The notes below the pieces were generated by a model that had not been told where the DNA came from, did no database searches, and saw only the letters and a list, made by a program, of their open reading frames with translations. From Marsupella aquatica (lineage: Eukaryota; Plantae; Marchantiophyta), in assembly GCA_973895155.1 (NCBI GenBank), contig OZ316899.1, forward strand, positions 14,325,934 to 14,389,933: 64,000 bases of DNA, read 5' to 3'. The position numbers were made by a program, and so were the translations under genes. The stretch's first letter is position 1; every line of letters starts with the position of its first letter. Shown here in pieces: positions 13,401 through 26,001 of the stretch.

Positions 13401-13687
13401 GCAAGGCCAAGGCCGGGAGAACCAGTAATGCTGCCGAGGTACCTGATCCTCCACTAGAACATACCGGGGAGGCCGTAGCCGTATTAGAGGCCGTAGCCAT
13501 ATTAGAGGCCGTAGCCGTATTAGAGGCCGTGACCGATGCTGAGGCCAAAGCCGAGGGTGGACCCAGTCAGGCCGATGAAGAGTTGACTCGGTCAGGGGCA
13601 GGTAATCTGTCAGAGGACGGACCAACGGCAGTGGCTGCGGAGGAAGCGTTGGGGGCGTCCATTGAGGACCAGCCACCGGTGTCATGA
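10442..13687 (+). CDS. ORF1: Athila-ORF1/Transposase_32-like domain plus long coiled coil; one in-frame TAG at 10841-10843
   Basis: The 940-aa ORF (10865-13687) is in frame with 10442-10843. It has the motif FVRLPW...LLEFVGSW...VYGKDFYLTPRVIAEVFGLP and a heptad-rich region at about 12400-13100. Confidence 0.7.
13468..13530 (+). repeat. 18-bp coding tandem repeat (EAVAVL x about 3.5)
   Basis: gaggccgtagccgtatta repeated. Confidence 0.85.
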
Positions 13688-14527
13688 TGGTGTAAGGGCG
13701 CCATCCCTTTTAGGGAGGGCGGACGTGGAGGTAGGAGGCGTGAGTGGGCAGGGCGGGCGCTGATCTCCAAGTTTAGACTTAGGATCAGGATCAGGAGACG
13801 GCCCTAACACTTAGATTAGTGGGATTTTGGATCCATGGGTGTGGACGACACTTGTGCTCGTGCCTCGCTGTACATAGGTAGATTACAATTAGGTAGATTA
13901 TAGTAGGTAGATTAGGCTTACGCTGCAAGGAATCAGGCGGATCCACAACCAAGATAAGTACCTGGGCTGCGGGGAGTTCAGGGCCTCTTCTTTAGCAAGT
14001 TTCTAGTTGCACCAGCAGGGCTAGGATCAAGTAGTAAGAGAAGCTCTCGGTTAGTTATACAATGACCCTTGTGTATATTCATGTTTCCTCATACTTAAGA
14101 ACTGAATAGAGTTGGCCTCACGGCTTAGTTCGCAGAGCTTGTGTATGAGATGTACTGTTTGTATGGCAAGTGCATGGTATAACTCAATCAGAAGGAGTCA
14201 TTTTGCTATTTGTGTGTCGCATTAACTTGTGTGAAGAGTGCCCACATCAACTAATAGAGGAATAGAAGTAAGCAGGGGAGTGAGAGTTGGATGTGTCGAG
14301 CTGAGAGAGGTCTTAGCGGCTTAACCAAGCCAATTGGGGATCATTGCGGCGACGGAATCCAAACATACCTAATGGAAGACCAGGAGAGGAATACAAGGGA
14401 GGGACTAGAATAGGCCGGCTAAGTATCTCATGACCCGATGAAGGATCTGTCCAGTATATGTGTGTAAAATGTTAATAGAAGTAGTTGAAGGAGAGTTAGC
14501 AGCGTCCCATGCCGCTAAGCCACGGAA

Positions 14528-16991
14528 ATGGCCTCGCCAAGGACGAAACCTGTGGGAATCGGCCCCTTTGACCGTCCCAGAGCGAGCTTTACCGACCCAA
14601 AGAAGTATCAGGGTACTTCTTCGATGGAGGCAAATACATTGGCTTCTGGGAGGCATTGCTTCGGCTTCCGGACGAGGTCTTCAATATTCCGGGCACGATC
14701 GACTTGCAGCGGCACCACTTCAACCACATCCCCGCTTGGGTCCGGGCTATCATCAACGGCAAGTTCAACACTACCCGGTCGACAGGACCACCTTCACTTG
14801 CGTCGGAAAACCTCCACCGGCACCTGCAAAACTTCATGGCAACTCTACCATCAATGACCAGTGACGGCCAACCCGTGCCCGTACCCGTACCCGCACCTAC
14901 ACCCTCCTTGGCCTCAGCCAAGCCGGTCCCTGCCACCGGTTCCACCACCTCTCCGAGTACGATCCATGGTGAATGCGATAAATATTAGCTCCGAGATGAG
15001 GAGGCTCACCCTCCTCTGAATTGACGGCCGCGGGGTACGAACAACCCAGCACCACTCCAGCAAGCCCGAGGGGATAACACGGTAACGCTAGCGGCCCCGA
15101 CACCAATACTCACGGCAGTTGCACTACCACCACCTGACCGAGAGGATGGAGAGATGTCCCCTTCTTCTAGTCACCCCGGGAATCAGTATCGGGGTAGGAA
15201 GAGGAAGGAGCCCGTAGCCGTATCCGGGTTGCCTTTGGCCACGGTTGTGGTAGTCAAACTGACCATGCATCGCATGGGGACAATGTTCACAAGAACATCC
15301 TCCACCCCAAGCATGCATGCTATCTGAAGACCCAAGGGTTTGAGCACCTCGCCTCTCTCCCTTGGAACGGAAGCAGGTATTACGTGCAGGATATGACGAA
15401 GTTCATTCAGAACTTTGACAAGGCCCGTCAACAAACCCGAGCGCACGGGAGAGTGATGTGTCTCAATGAGGCACGTCTGAAGATGATTTTTGGCTTACCC
15501 AAGGGGATAAACCGGGTAGAGTCGCGGGATTCAGGGGGCAAGGGAGCTAAATACCAATCATCTAGCTTCCCGGCCGAAGGGGTAGTGGACAATGGGTTCT
15601 TAATGAGGACGTCCCTTATCCCGGAGGTAGCAAAACGGCTAGAGTTCCAGCGGTATGCCCACCACATGATGGAACCTAGAGGAGAAATATCGGCCGCTCA
15701 GGTCATCCAGGTGGAGAACTATTGGCCCAGGAAGTGGGCGTCCTTCTTCGTCAAGAAGTTCCACGAGGAGATGGAGCGGAGAAGGAAGACTTTGTACCTT
15801 GGTGGGAGGGCATACTTTGCTAGCCACATCGAAATCATCATCGAGTGGTACGCTCGCTTCGACCGCCGGAGCCTCCCGCGTCTCAACGAGCCCGAGCTGA
15901 CCCCGCCAAAATGGGTGTTCCTAGCCCAGGTAAGGCGGCCGCAGCCCGAGGCCCGAAGTCTGGCAGCTGCAAGTCCTGCTACCCCGGCCCCGCAAACCGT
16001 CGCTGCCGCCCCGCCAGACATACCCATTGACGTTATCGCGACCTTAGATGCAATCAATCGGGACAATGCCATCGAAGCCGGGCCGGATGAAGCCGTACCC
16101 GAAGCAAATGCCACGGTAGCCGGGGAGATTCTGCCACCCCCCGCGATGGTGCAGGAGAACCACCCACCTCCAGTGGAACCAGCCCCTTTGACCAACTTAC
16201 CTCAAGGGCTGGATGTGTCCACTCCTACTCCCGCACGGGTTGGAGTCTGCCCGTGCTCGAATCCAGAGGGACACAGTCTAGACCATCCGGAACTCTTTGT
16301 GCCGGGCACATTTCTGAACGGGTTGTTGGGAGATTTCTCGCAATAGATCTCTCGGGACATCGGGGAATACATGGCCCGGAGGGTGGCCTACTTCTTCAAC
16401 TAGGAGTTGGTTGCAGCAATAAGGGCAGGACATGCGCAGGCAGAGACCGCGCAGACAATAGAGCAATATCGGGTTGAGTCTGCCTACCTGAAGGACAAAG
16501 TGGCAACCTTGGAGGCTGAACTCCAGCAACTACGGCCTCAGGCAACGGCCACGGAGGACCAGGTTGCCGAGGCTAGAGCCCAAGCAGCATTAGCAGTACA
16601 GGCCGGGCTTGGAAAGGACACCGAGATCGCGCGGCTCCGGACCAAGATTGACGGTTTGTAGGGGCAAGCCGTCAGTTGGCAAAAGGATCTGGAGGAAGCT
16701 GACTCCAGGTCTCAACGGGACACAACCAAGATTGACACCCTGAAGGCAGAGGTCGCGCGGCTTCAAAGAGAAGCCACGAAACAGGCCCAGTTGGTGGACA
16801 AGCTGACGAGCGACACCCAGCAACTGGAGGAGGCATGCCAGGAGGCCGCGGAAGAGGCGGACGCGGCGAAGTGAGAAAACGAATCTCTGCTAGACCAGGT
16901 CCAGCTACTCAAGCAGGACGCCGACAGGCTCAGAAGGCAGCGGGATAGTCGCTCCCACTCAGGCGGCTTTGGCAAGCGTGCCAAGCATTAG
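14528..16991 (+). pseudogene. ORF2: second Athila-ORF1/Transposase_32-like coiled-coil gene, disrupted
   Basis: FIQNFD...RAHGRVMCLNEARLKMIFGLPKG...NGFL...EISAAQV parallels the ORF1 domain. C-terminal coiled coil at 16400-16991. Several stops and frameshifts. Confidence 0.6.
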
Positions 16992-18179
16992 CGGCAGAGT
17001 AGGATTAGAGTAGAGTTAGGAATAGCTAAATTAGGCTATAGGGACAAGCACCTGCCCTAGTTAAAGTAGCATTGCCATGCTATACAACCTGCGTAGATTA
17101 GGATCTTCTAATAAGACAAGCCGTTTTCCGGCCTGACAGCCAGCTTAGTTAGGACCTTAGTTAGCAAATCTTCGGGCGCGAGGGCACTCCGTTCCTTGGC
17201 CCTTAGTATTTAGTGCGCCCCTCGGTAGAGGCAAGGGGGGTTTTTTGACTCAGTGTTGGACATTCGTGGTATGTGCGGGGAGTCCCGACCTCTGGGAGTG
17301 AAAGAGTACCGAGGGGAGGGTGTGGGACTAAGCTCGCTAGGCGAGTGTGGAGCCGGGCTCCATTGTAGTGTACACCCTCGGCCTTGGACCTGTTCATTCC
17401 AGAGCTTTCGGGTCAACTAAGTGTGCGCATATGTCTCCTATGTAGTAAAATCCTTCCCCATTATTTCCTTTGTGTAAATCGAGATTGTATGCTTGCGTGT
17501 ATGTGTATGTATGAATCTCGTGTATAGGTGCCAACACTTGGCCAAACGCACTACCCAAGTCGGGCACGGGGTGCGGCTTGCGGGTAGTGGTTGCGAGCCC
17601 GGGTTGAGTACCCATATCATCAAATCCGGATCGAAGGCGGACAACACAAAGGCTTAAAAGCCCGTAAGCCGGGGTCAATCCTGTTGTCGACTGAGGTACG
17701 TTCCGGCGGCGGAACACAAACCATACCTAGGAGGTGTCCTTATATGACCATAGGCACACTTAGCGCTAGTTTACGTGAGTTAGGTGCATTCCGTGCCTCC
17801 CTCCTTGCCCAAACCCTCATTTTGACAAAGGATGTGCCTGTCTAAGCCGAAGCCCGGGTTAAGGCCTAGGCTGACAATGTGACACTTGTGCGACTCCCTG
17901 GCCCTCTTCTTTTGGGGGCTTTTGGGGGTATGTTGTGCGTGTTGTTTGGTTTAGGGTTTAGGGTTCCCCCTTGTGGTGTGGCTTTTCGTGGCTGGTCTCT
18001 CTCTATACCAAAACTCATTCCGATGAAGTTAACGACGTACTTCAAGGAATCCCCTGTGGACCTTAGCCCCTTTTCTTATGTTATGTCTCACAGGTTTGTA
18101 CCAAATCACAACTTGAAGTTTCCAAAATTGTTGCTGAACTATCCGGAAGAAAACCCTTATTTAACCTCTTAAACTCTAG

Positions 18180-18840
18180 CCTTCTTTTCTGTTCAGTTTG
18201 TTTTGGTTCGACCTTGCCATAAGCCAAACTTGTCCTACCATGATACCATCCCCAAAATCCCCCTCCGACCATCCTTGCTATCATTGGCGAATGATGTGAT
18301 ACATAGCTTGGAAACAGCTCCAACTGCATTGACATTGTGACTAGGATGTAGCTCGTCCAATAGTTTCTTGTGAAGCATCCGTTGTTCAATTTGGTCGGTT
18401 CTACCTGGCCGTAAGCCAAACACCTCTGACACTACTCGCTTGTCCAATACGAATTCCTGGCAGTAGATATGAGTCACTTAATTTTCTGATTGGATCCCAA
18501 TTGCCTACGAACTCCATCAGCTGCCATGCATTGTTTTCAAGCCAAGGTAATCTGATGAAATGTTCTAACAGTGAAGCATTCATTAAACTAGGGTCACACT
18601 TACCTGTACACATAATCCTTGCCCTCCAGGTTTTATTTGGGCGTCGTTGATGCACCACCGCTTCAGTTAGAAGCCTCCGCCAGATTGTACGCCCACCTCG
18701 TGCATCCCAAGCCAGCCTTTCCTTTCCCCACTAGATGTCGGGTTGATAGCGTCCGAGTATTCTTGTGTAAGTCATTCGGTCTCCCCATTCTCTGCTTCCC
18801 GTTCCTTCCCTGCCTTTGCAGTCGCGCCCCACAACATTCA
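18180..18840 (-). pseudogene. Decayed copy of the same accessory-domain gene, closest to the 47145 copy
   Basis: CDPSLMNASLLEHFIRLPWLENN..QLMEFVGNWDP...EFVLDKRVVSEVFGLR vs CEPSLMNDSGLEDFIILPWLENH..ELMEFIGNWDP...EFVLNMRVVLEVFGLR at 47510-47710. Confidence 0.8.
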
Positions 18841-19302
18841 TTATTAGTTATGGTTTATGGCCTTAGCCCATGCAAACGATGCACGCTTTGCTTCATGCTT
18901 TTCAGTACACATCACCTCGTGGACATGTTCGATGTAGCTCCCGAAGCCGCGATGGTTGTGGCCTTCTAGCACACTCTGCGGCTGTCTCTTGCGGTTGTCT
19001 CTTGCAGCTCAAGGCTCTTGCTCCACTTAAGTCGCAGCAAGTTGCCCGGCGGATTGATAATTTTTATTAATAATAGGGTGTAGGTGTGCCATCGGGCGCG
19101 AGAAAACAGAACGGGCAAAGTGGGCTATGTCTCTGCAAGTTGCTCTATTCTCCAGCTGCGTGCTTTTGGTTCCGCTCTCTTCATAAATTACAAATTTGAT
19201 TATGGAAATTGCAGCTATTCCACTTGCATGATATGATCGCACCCATTCCATTTGTCATCGTTATGCTACTTACAAACTCTTCTTTGGCGATTAACATATC
19301 TT

Positions 19303-19444
19303 TGTTGTGGGAGAAATGAGACAAAGAGTTGTTCCATCTGTATTCCTAGTAGAATATGTACATGTGGCTACAGCCTAAGTAGTTAGGGTAGTTACATAGG
19401 TAGTTATCCCAAAGGTAGACTTAACTCAGGTATGAGTTACAACA
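19303..19444 (-). repeat. 3' LTR of the outer Bianca-type element
   Basis: tgttg...acaaca; near-identical to 46098-46239. Confidence 0.92.
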
Positions 19445-19453
19445 CTCCCCCTT
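19445..19453 (-). promoter_or_regulatory. Polypurine tract AAGGGGGAG
   Basis: ctccccctt abutting the LTR. Confidence 0.85.
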
Positions 19454-22400
19454 TGTAACATTGGGGTTTAAATGTTACAATCAAGAGTCTACTTTGGGCA
19501 TACTCAGTGGTATACAATAGGTTTTGTTTATGTTTAGCCTATTTTATAAATGGTGTAGCCATCTCAAGTCTACTGTAAATGAATGTAAAGCTTCTCCTAA
19601 TAGATGTCTTATAATTCATGTTGCATGGTAAAGTGTAAGTGGGGGATGCAATCTCATTAAAACCTCCCCTACTTTCTTTGTGGGAGGAAAGAGTATTACC
19701 ATCCCCATGGGTGTAACATAATTGGGTTTAAGCATATAGTGTATGTGTAATTTCTACAAAGTCTCTTAAGGTGTTTGTCAACACTATCTATAGGCATGTT
19801 GAAGATCCTCCTTGGTTGGTGTTAGCAAAGTTGATTGTGTTGTGTGTCTTGCGTCTCTTCCCGATCAGGTAATGAAGATTCCTGAATGGTCATAGATGAC
19901 ATGCAAAGAAAAAACAAGGTATTAGCTCATAATGAAGATGATATGGTTGATTGAAATCCGTTGGCCTTGGAATCGTTTGGAGTGTCCAATCCTAGGTCTC
20001 ATATATCATAGGGATTTCCTATCAAGGTATAGCGTACCATCTATCATGGTGCCTTACCAAGTCATACCTCACCTGATAGTACCTTGCAACTTGATACCAT
20101 ACTTCATATGATCATATGATACCTTATTATGATATGATGTGGGGTCTTTGATATTTCCAATTTTAGTCGTCATGATATGTCATCCAATATTGGTGATTTA
20201 ATGCATTTTTCATAATTTGGCCATATGCTTCTAACTTATGGAATGTAGTTCCATTTTTATTTTATTTTTTAAATATTGATTGTTGTGAAAAGCACTTGTG
20301 CAGTAGGCACATTGTCACGCGATTGACATGGGTCTTAACACCAAAAACGTCACTATGGGTGCCAAAACCATCTCCTTGTACCTGAGGATCACGAAGGGAT
20401 GTTGTGAATGCCGGTAAACACCAGTTTATGCCCTTAACACCAGACTATCATAGCAAGACTCTATCACACATCACCCAAGCTCAATCCCAAGGAACCAACA
20501 CTAGTAGAAACCGGGGCAATTTAGACCATACCTTATAGGACTATGCCCACTAAGTCCTTTTTCCATACTTAAAACAACTCGCACCCATTGCACCGGTTTT
20601 GTTGAAGACTAGAAAAGACTATGAGAGTTTTATGGTTCACTAAAAGACTATGAGAAGTAACCTTGCTACTTTGTGAAGGGTGAATAGTCTAGCACATCAT
20701 GGGTAATGTTCACTCTATGTTGAGGAGGGGTAATTCTCCTTCATCTTTGAGCCGAAAGCACCGACGTCTATCGAGTGCCAAAGAACTGCTGGAGATCGAG
20801 CGAATTCACACTCTCAGATGTGGGTCGTGTCAAATTGTTTCCTCCATTGATGGCAGCCTTCTGTGAGATTGATTTATACTGTGTGGCTATCTGGGAGTTT
20901 TGTCGACTCATTTGACACCGATACTCCCGTGATTTCCTCATACATAGTGCCACTGCCCCCCCGCATTGTGTTCAATCCCTATAGCTTATAGCTGCACCAC
21001 TCTTGGTGGCCCTTGCTCATGCCTTGGTTTTTTTTCTTTTTCCCATTACAGTATACACCCCCTTCTTACTAATCAGGTGGATTAATTTAGTACTAGACAA
21101 TGCTTTGACACTTTACACTTACACTATGCTGACCTACTGCGCCTTCTAGTGCTTATTCCCTAGTTGTTACTTGTTGCATGGACCACTAGAAGAACGGCTT
21201 CGCAATCTTTGCCTGATCTGATGACCCTGGTTGAGTAACTCTTTGTTATTGCCTCCTTTGGGTGTTGAGGTTTTATGATGCCATTTGGCCTACTGGTTCC
21301 CCCATCCGTGGGGTTCACGCGGAATAAATGTAAAATTTCAAACAAAAAAATAAATCTATAAAGAGGGTGATAGCAAGGGGCATAACTCATTAAATGTCCT
21401 TATTTGTGACCAAAAAGGTTTTGGGTTTAATGAAGTGGGGTTCATGGAGGTTGGACCATGGAGGGATGGTCAAGATATTCTTGGCCATTACTAAATCCAT
21501 CTATAAAAGGTCAAGATGCACAAAGGTAGATTTGTACCGGTCCTTTTTCATACATTAGAGCTAGGTCACATTCTTGCACCAGGAATATTGCATTTTAGGA
21601 CCGGATATAATGTTGGGCAACCTTAATCCTGATTACGGCGTGCAATAAAATGTCACTACCGACCATGTATGTGCAAATATGACCATTCATTGCCTAAGTT
21701 GGCCATGCAGTAACACTTTGTAGCTTTGTCCCACTTTGGGTGACACTCAACGGCTCACTCAAACGGTAAGGTTGAGTGGCTTCCCCTAATTCGGTTTCAG
21801 GCACTAAACTTCACTTTGGGAGTCTCTTTGGAGTTTTCGCCATTGTCATTGAACTTAGAACGTGAGGGGTGGAGTGTTCGGGGTTTTACGTAGGGTTTTC
21901 CTTTCAGTGTTGCCCACTTTTTGCGACCATTGCGGAGTGAACTTCCCGCGCGTTATGTGCTTGTTTATGCTCTCGAGGAGCAGTGTTCAGGCAGTTGCAG
22001 TGATCTAACCTTGCGCTTGCAGTCTACTCATAGACCTGCATTCCTGCTCGATCTCCTTTAGGGACATTTAGTTTTTGGCTGGTAGGGCGAAGAAGGTTGT
22101 GGCTGCTGCAATGTTCGTGAGGAGCTTGTCGGAGTTTGAGGAGTCGGAGGTTGGGGTTTCTTCAAGGTTTTGGGTGACAATCTCGGTCACAGTTGTGGTA
22201 TAGACCCTTTTGCTGCACCCATAACGAGCATCGGGAGGCCGTGAGGCTCATTGGGAGGTCCTTCAGTTGTCAAGCTGCCGTTGAGCTGGTGAAGTTGCAT
22301 GCGGGTTGCATCTGTTCTGCGGACACAGTCAATGTGGGAATCCATATTTTCATAGTGCTTGTTCTTGCAAACTGGGAGCCGAGAGTTTGGAGTCGGGAGC

Positions 22401-24882
22401 TAAGAAGGGTATTGTTAGGCTTCAATTACTCTGTGGTTTTCTCCAGCTCCATGGTACAGTTTCAATGTTAATGCTTTGTACTTGTGCTGGTCTAGGTAGC
22501 GCGAGCTTCTACCTATTGCGCCCTCTTGCTGTAAGCGTATTGAGCTGCCAACTGAGTGATTCATACCTGTAGCTGCTTACGCGTGATCAAGAGATTGAAC
22601 AAATGCCTAGTGCTGTCCAGCAGGAGAAAACTCTTTTTGGTCACGATCGGGCGTTGGAATATAACTAAGTGCGGCAGAGCAACACGGGGAGCTGTAGAGT
22701 TGCAGACAAGACGCAACTACAGAGGAGGCATTGGGAAGGACACAACGGTGCGGTGAAGGTACAAGGACCGTGGACCCTAACTTGTTTGCTGCCTTGGGAG
22801 GATCCGGAGAGCCCGAGGCGACATGCTTCATTGAGCCTGAGCTAGCTGAATCCAATCCAGGAGTTGTTGCGCTAAGGTGAGACTTTGAGTTTAGGGTTGC
22901 TTCAGTGTCCGAGTAGGTTTTCTCTTTGCGTCGGCAGCTAGAAGGTAAGCTCGGGGGCTTTACAAAGGGTTAGTGTTGCGGACTTTCCCTCCTGGACGTT
23001 GTGTGTCTTCATTTGCAACTTGTTTGTGGACCTGTGATCCTGAGACTGTCAAAATTGTTGTGGCCGCACTGACAACTTGATGACGCGTTTTGTGGATGCA
23101 CCGTTAGTAATCGCGAGTACAGCTCTCCAACAATTGCACTTACCATTTTTGACCACCTTGCATGATGTCCATCCGTGGGCTGGACCCCAAGAAGTAGATT
23201 TCGGTAGATTTTGTCTCTGCCCCCGGTCCTCATTTTGTGCAATGTCCGCCTGGCACTTGGTTCTTGATCCCTACATTATCGTCTGCCGCTCGGCTACTTG
23301 TGGAAGGGATCAAACAGATTGGAGGTGCTTGGTCTTTTCATTTTGAGTGTCAGAGTTTAGGAGGACAGCTTGCACCATCGCCGACAAGAATGACCTGCTT
23401 GCAGAACAAGAGGGACGAGCGTGAGCTGCTTGCAGAATAGGAGATTGACCGCGAGCACGAGCTGCTTGAAAAATAGGAGACTGAGGGCAACCTGCTTCTT
23501 TGTTGCTACTCTGGTTGCGCTGCTACATTGGTTGTTGATCTTCACCCACCCACTTGCCTACTCAATTGACAGAGTACAGCTTTGTCTCTGCGTCTGTTAT
23601 TGCTGTCTTTGTCCCTCCCCTTGAAATTGTGGGCCTTAAAAGGTCAGTAAGTTGGCTTATGTAGTTTTTATGTCCCTCCGCTATGTCAATGCGTGTTTCA
23701 TTGCATCAGGGCATCAGTCGCTGTTTGCCTATAACCGGACTGTTCATTCTTTGTCCACTCATTTGATGTAATTCTTCCCATTGCCGCCCAATGCTATGGC
23801 GCCCATGCTACAATTTGTGGTTTTTGTCTAAGCACAAATCCTCTCTGTGCCTGGTCTCTGTGTCCCGTCATTGGGATTGATTGTGTAGACGTTTCCTCTT
23901 CTCCCAGTCCTTGTCATCCACCAGCCAAAGCACATTGGATTGTTTTCAAAGGAGGGCTGTGTAGTTTGGAGGGTTTGATCTATGCAGCGGATTTGAGCAG
24001 ATTGGCGGTTGTTAGTTTCTTCTTGTAAAACCTGTCTGTCTTTTCTGCTTTTGGCCATGCTCCTTCACTTCTTGCTGCAAGCTCAATGTGCTTCAGCTAT
24101 GGCAATATTCACTTACCCTATCCCAACGGCACTACCGTGAGCTGTAGGACAGCCAACAGAAGCAGATTGTATCGATTGCATGTAAGTCAGGGTATTTTAT
24201 GTATTGCGGAACAACTGTCCAAGTTTGCTGCAATGGCCGGTCTTGCGCAGCTGAATGAGCCAATTTCATTTTCCCTGTGCACTTCTATTTCTCAAAGAAT
24301 TCCCTGGTCATGCTCATTTCCCCCAGAGTTAGAAAACAAAGAAGAAGAGCTGACTAATTGTAATTCCAATCCATATCCTGATCGGTCAAGGATTGTTCAC
24401 TACATTGGCCTTGTCATTGGCCGAGGTCACCAAATTTTGCTTGGTTTCATTCCTGTGGAGCACTGCTGTGATGGATTTGTCGTAGCATTCTGCAAACTCT
24501 CACGGTTTGCTTATGGCCATTATTTGCAATTTACTGCTACTAATATGTCTTCTTCTGAGCAGCATACACCAGAAGTAAGCAATAGTGGAGGTTTAACTGC
24601 ACATCAACACATCTAGTGAACTACCTCTCTGCTGCTCACTGGAGGGTGAGACTTTCACTCTTTCTGGATATTGTAGTTTGTAAGCAAGTTGATTAGGAGT
24701 GTTTCATGCTATGTTTACACTGTGACCCCTAGCTGGAACCAATGGAATGACACAGTGAGTGGGAACTGATAATTTAAGGTTGGTTGCTGTTGGTGAGGCA
24801 AGTACAGCTCCTGCTCACCTTGCTGATCGAAGGTGCTTATCAGAGGACGTGAACACACGACATCTCCACAAAAGCAACACTT

Positions 24883-25332
24883 ATGGTGAGGACCCGCAAC
24901 GCTGAACATGTGCGGCTTGCACGCAAGGCAGAGATGTTGCGCCTTGAGTATGTCAGACTTGGGATCCTTCCAGCCCAGTCTGCATGGTACTTTGAGTACC
25001 CAGTTGTTGCCAGGAACAACTACAGCCGGCCTGTACCTGCTTCTCCACCCTTCCCAACATCCTTGGTATTTCTGTCTCTCATACATGACCCGCCACAAAT
25101 TAGGGCCCAAGGGTGTGTGCACAGTTGCCAATATGACTGTCCTGCCTGTAGGGCTTCTGGCCTAGAGTTGGATGACCGTTCTCTTGGATGTCGGTTTTTT
25201 CACAGAGCACAATGTATCATCTGGAACCACTCGCCATCCTGCAGTGTGCCTGGCGATGTCACTTGTCCTGCCCTCCCAGACCCCACCACCGGTCACTTTG
25301 GTGTCTACACATGTTTGGATCACACGCTCTAG
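24883..25332 (+). CDS. Hypothetical Cys/His-rich cargo ORF in CACTA-1
   Basis: 149-aa ORF with CxHxCxxxCxxC...C..H..C...H...C clusters, on the same strand as the other cargo genes. Family not recognised. Confidence 0.35.
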   Translation: MVRTRNAEHVRLARKAEMLRLEYVRLGILPAQSAWYFEYPVVARNNYSRPVPASPPFPTSLVFLSLIHDPPQIRAQGCVHSCQYDCPACRASGLELDDRSLGCRFFHRAQCIIWNHSPSCSVPGDVTCPALPDPTTGHFGVYTCLDHTL

Positions 25333-26001
25333 AGGACCACTTGTCACACCGCATGCACAAACCAGAGACCATTGACCTATAACTTAACACTTTGACTTGA
25401 ACAGAGAGGATATTTACTTAAGATTTTGAATTATGACCAATTTTGGGTCTAGGGTTTAGGGTCAACAGTACATAACTTATCCTATTATGGCTGCACTAAG
25501 TACAATATCCTAATTTAAGAGGCTAGCAAGCTCACTTAAAAGTCTCCTTTCAAAGACTGGAATTAATGGGCCATGTGATAACCTGGAAAAAGTGATTTCT
25601 GCCTAACTTATTTGTCTCATTCACTATCATAGCCTATTTAGGATGTATAAATTACAACCCTGATCACAGTGCTTGATACCAATCCTGTTCAAAAAATGCC
25701 TGTTTTACATGTCACGACTGTTATATGTGATTCAAATGCATTAAATCTTGTTGCAGATCTCCTTTGGTGAATCATAGCCACAAAATTGAGGTGTAGGTGG
25801 AGCTATTGTACGAGGGGATCAGTTTTTAGTGTGGGCTCAACAAACCAAAAAGTATGTCTACTCTGCACATGTGTGTGAACATTTCATTGCAGTAGCAATT
25901 GCCACTCTAGTCTATATGCTACACTGTACTTTTTGTACACTGCACTAAATTGTATTGTCCGTGCACTCTGCTAAATTGTACTATCTGTCTCATGCGTAGG
26001 C

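Larger units (their letters stand above)
9647..17884 (+). mobile_element. 8.2-kb gene-bearing solo-LTR-like element, probably Ty3/Gypsy-derived
   Basis: Starts TGTGACGCC (9647) and ends GTGACA (17884). 5-bp TSD CTTGT at 9642-9646 and 17885-17889. No terminal direct repeat, PBS, gag or pol seen inside. Confidence 0.8.

Noticed and set aside
10865-13687. 940-aa ORF as a host SMC- or myosin-like gene
   Set aside because: It has no ATPase or motor motifs, lacks introns, lies inside a TSD-bounded element and has decayed paralogs nearby.
17950-17965. tttaggg motifs here and at about 25450, 46920 and 60170 as an interstitial telomere
   Set aside because: Only one or two units each; at most telo-box-like motifs.
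20700-24700. Many short ORFs in the CACTA-1 left arm
   Set aside because: No recognisable domains or consistent frame; probably leader exons, introns or decayed captures.
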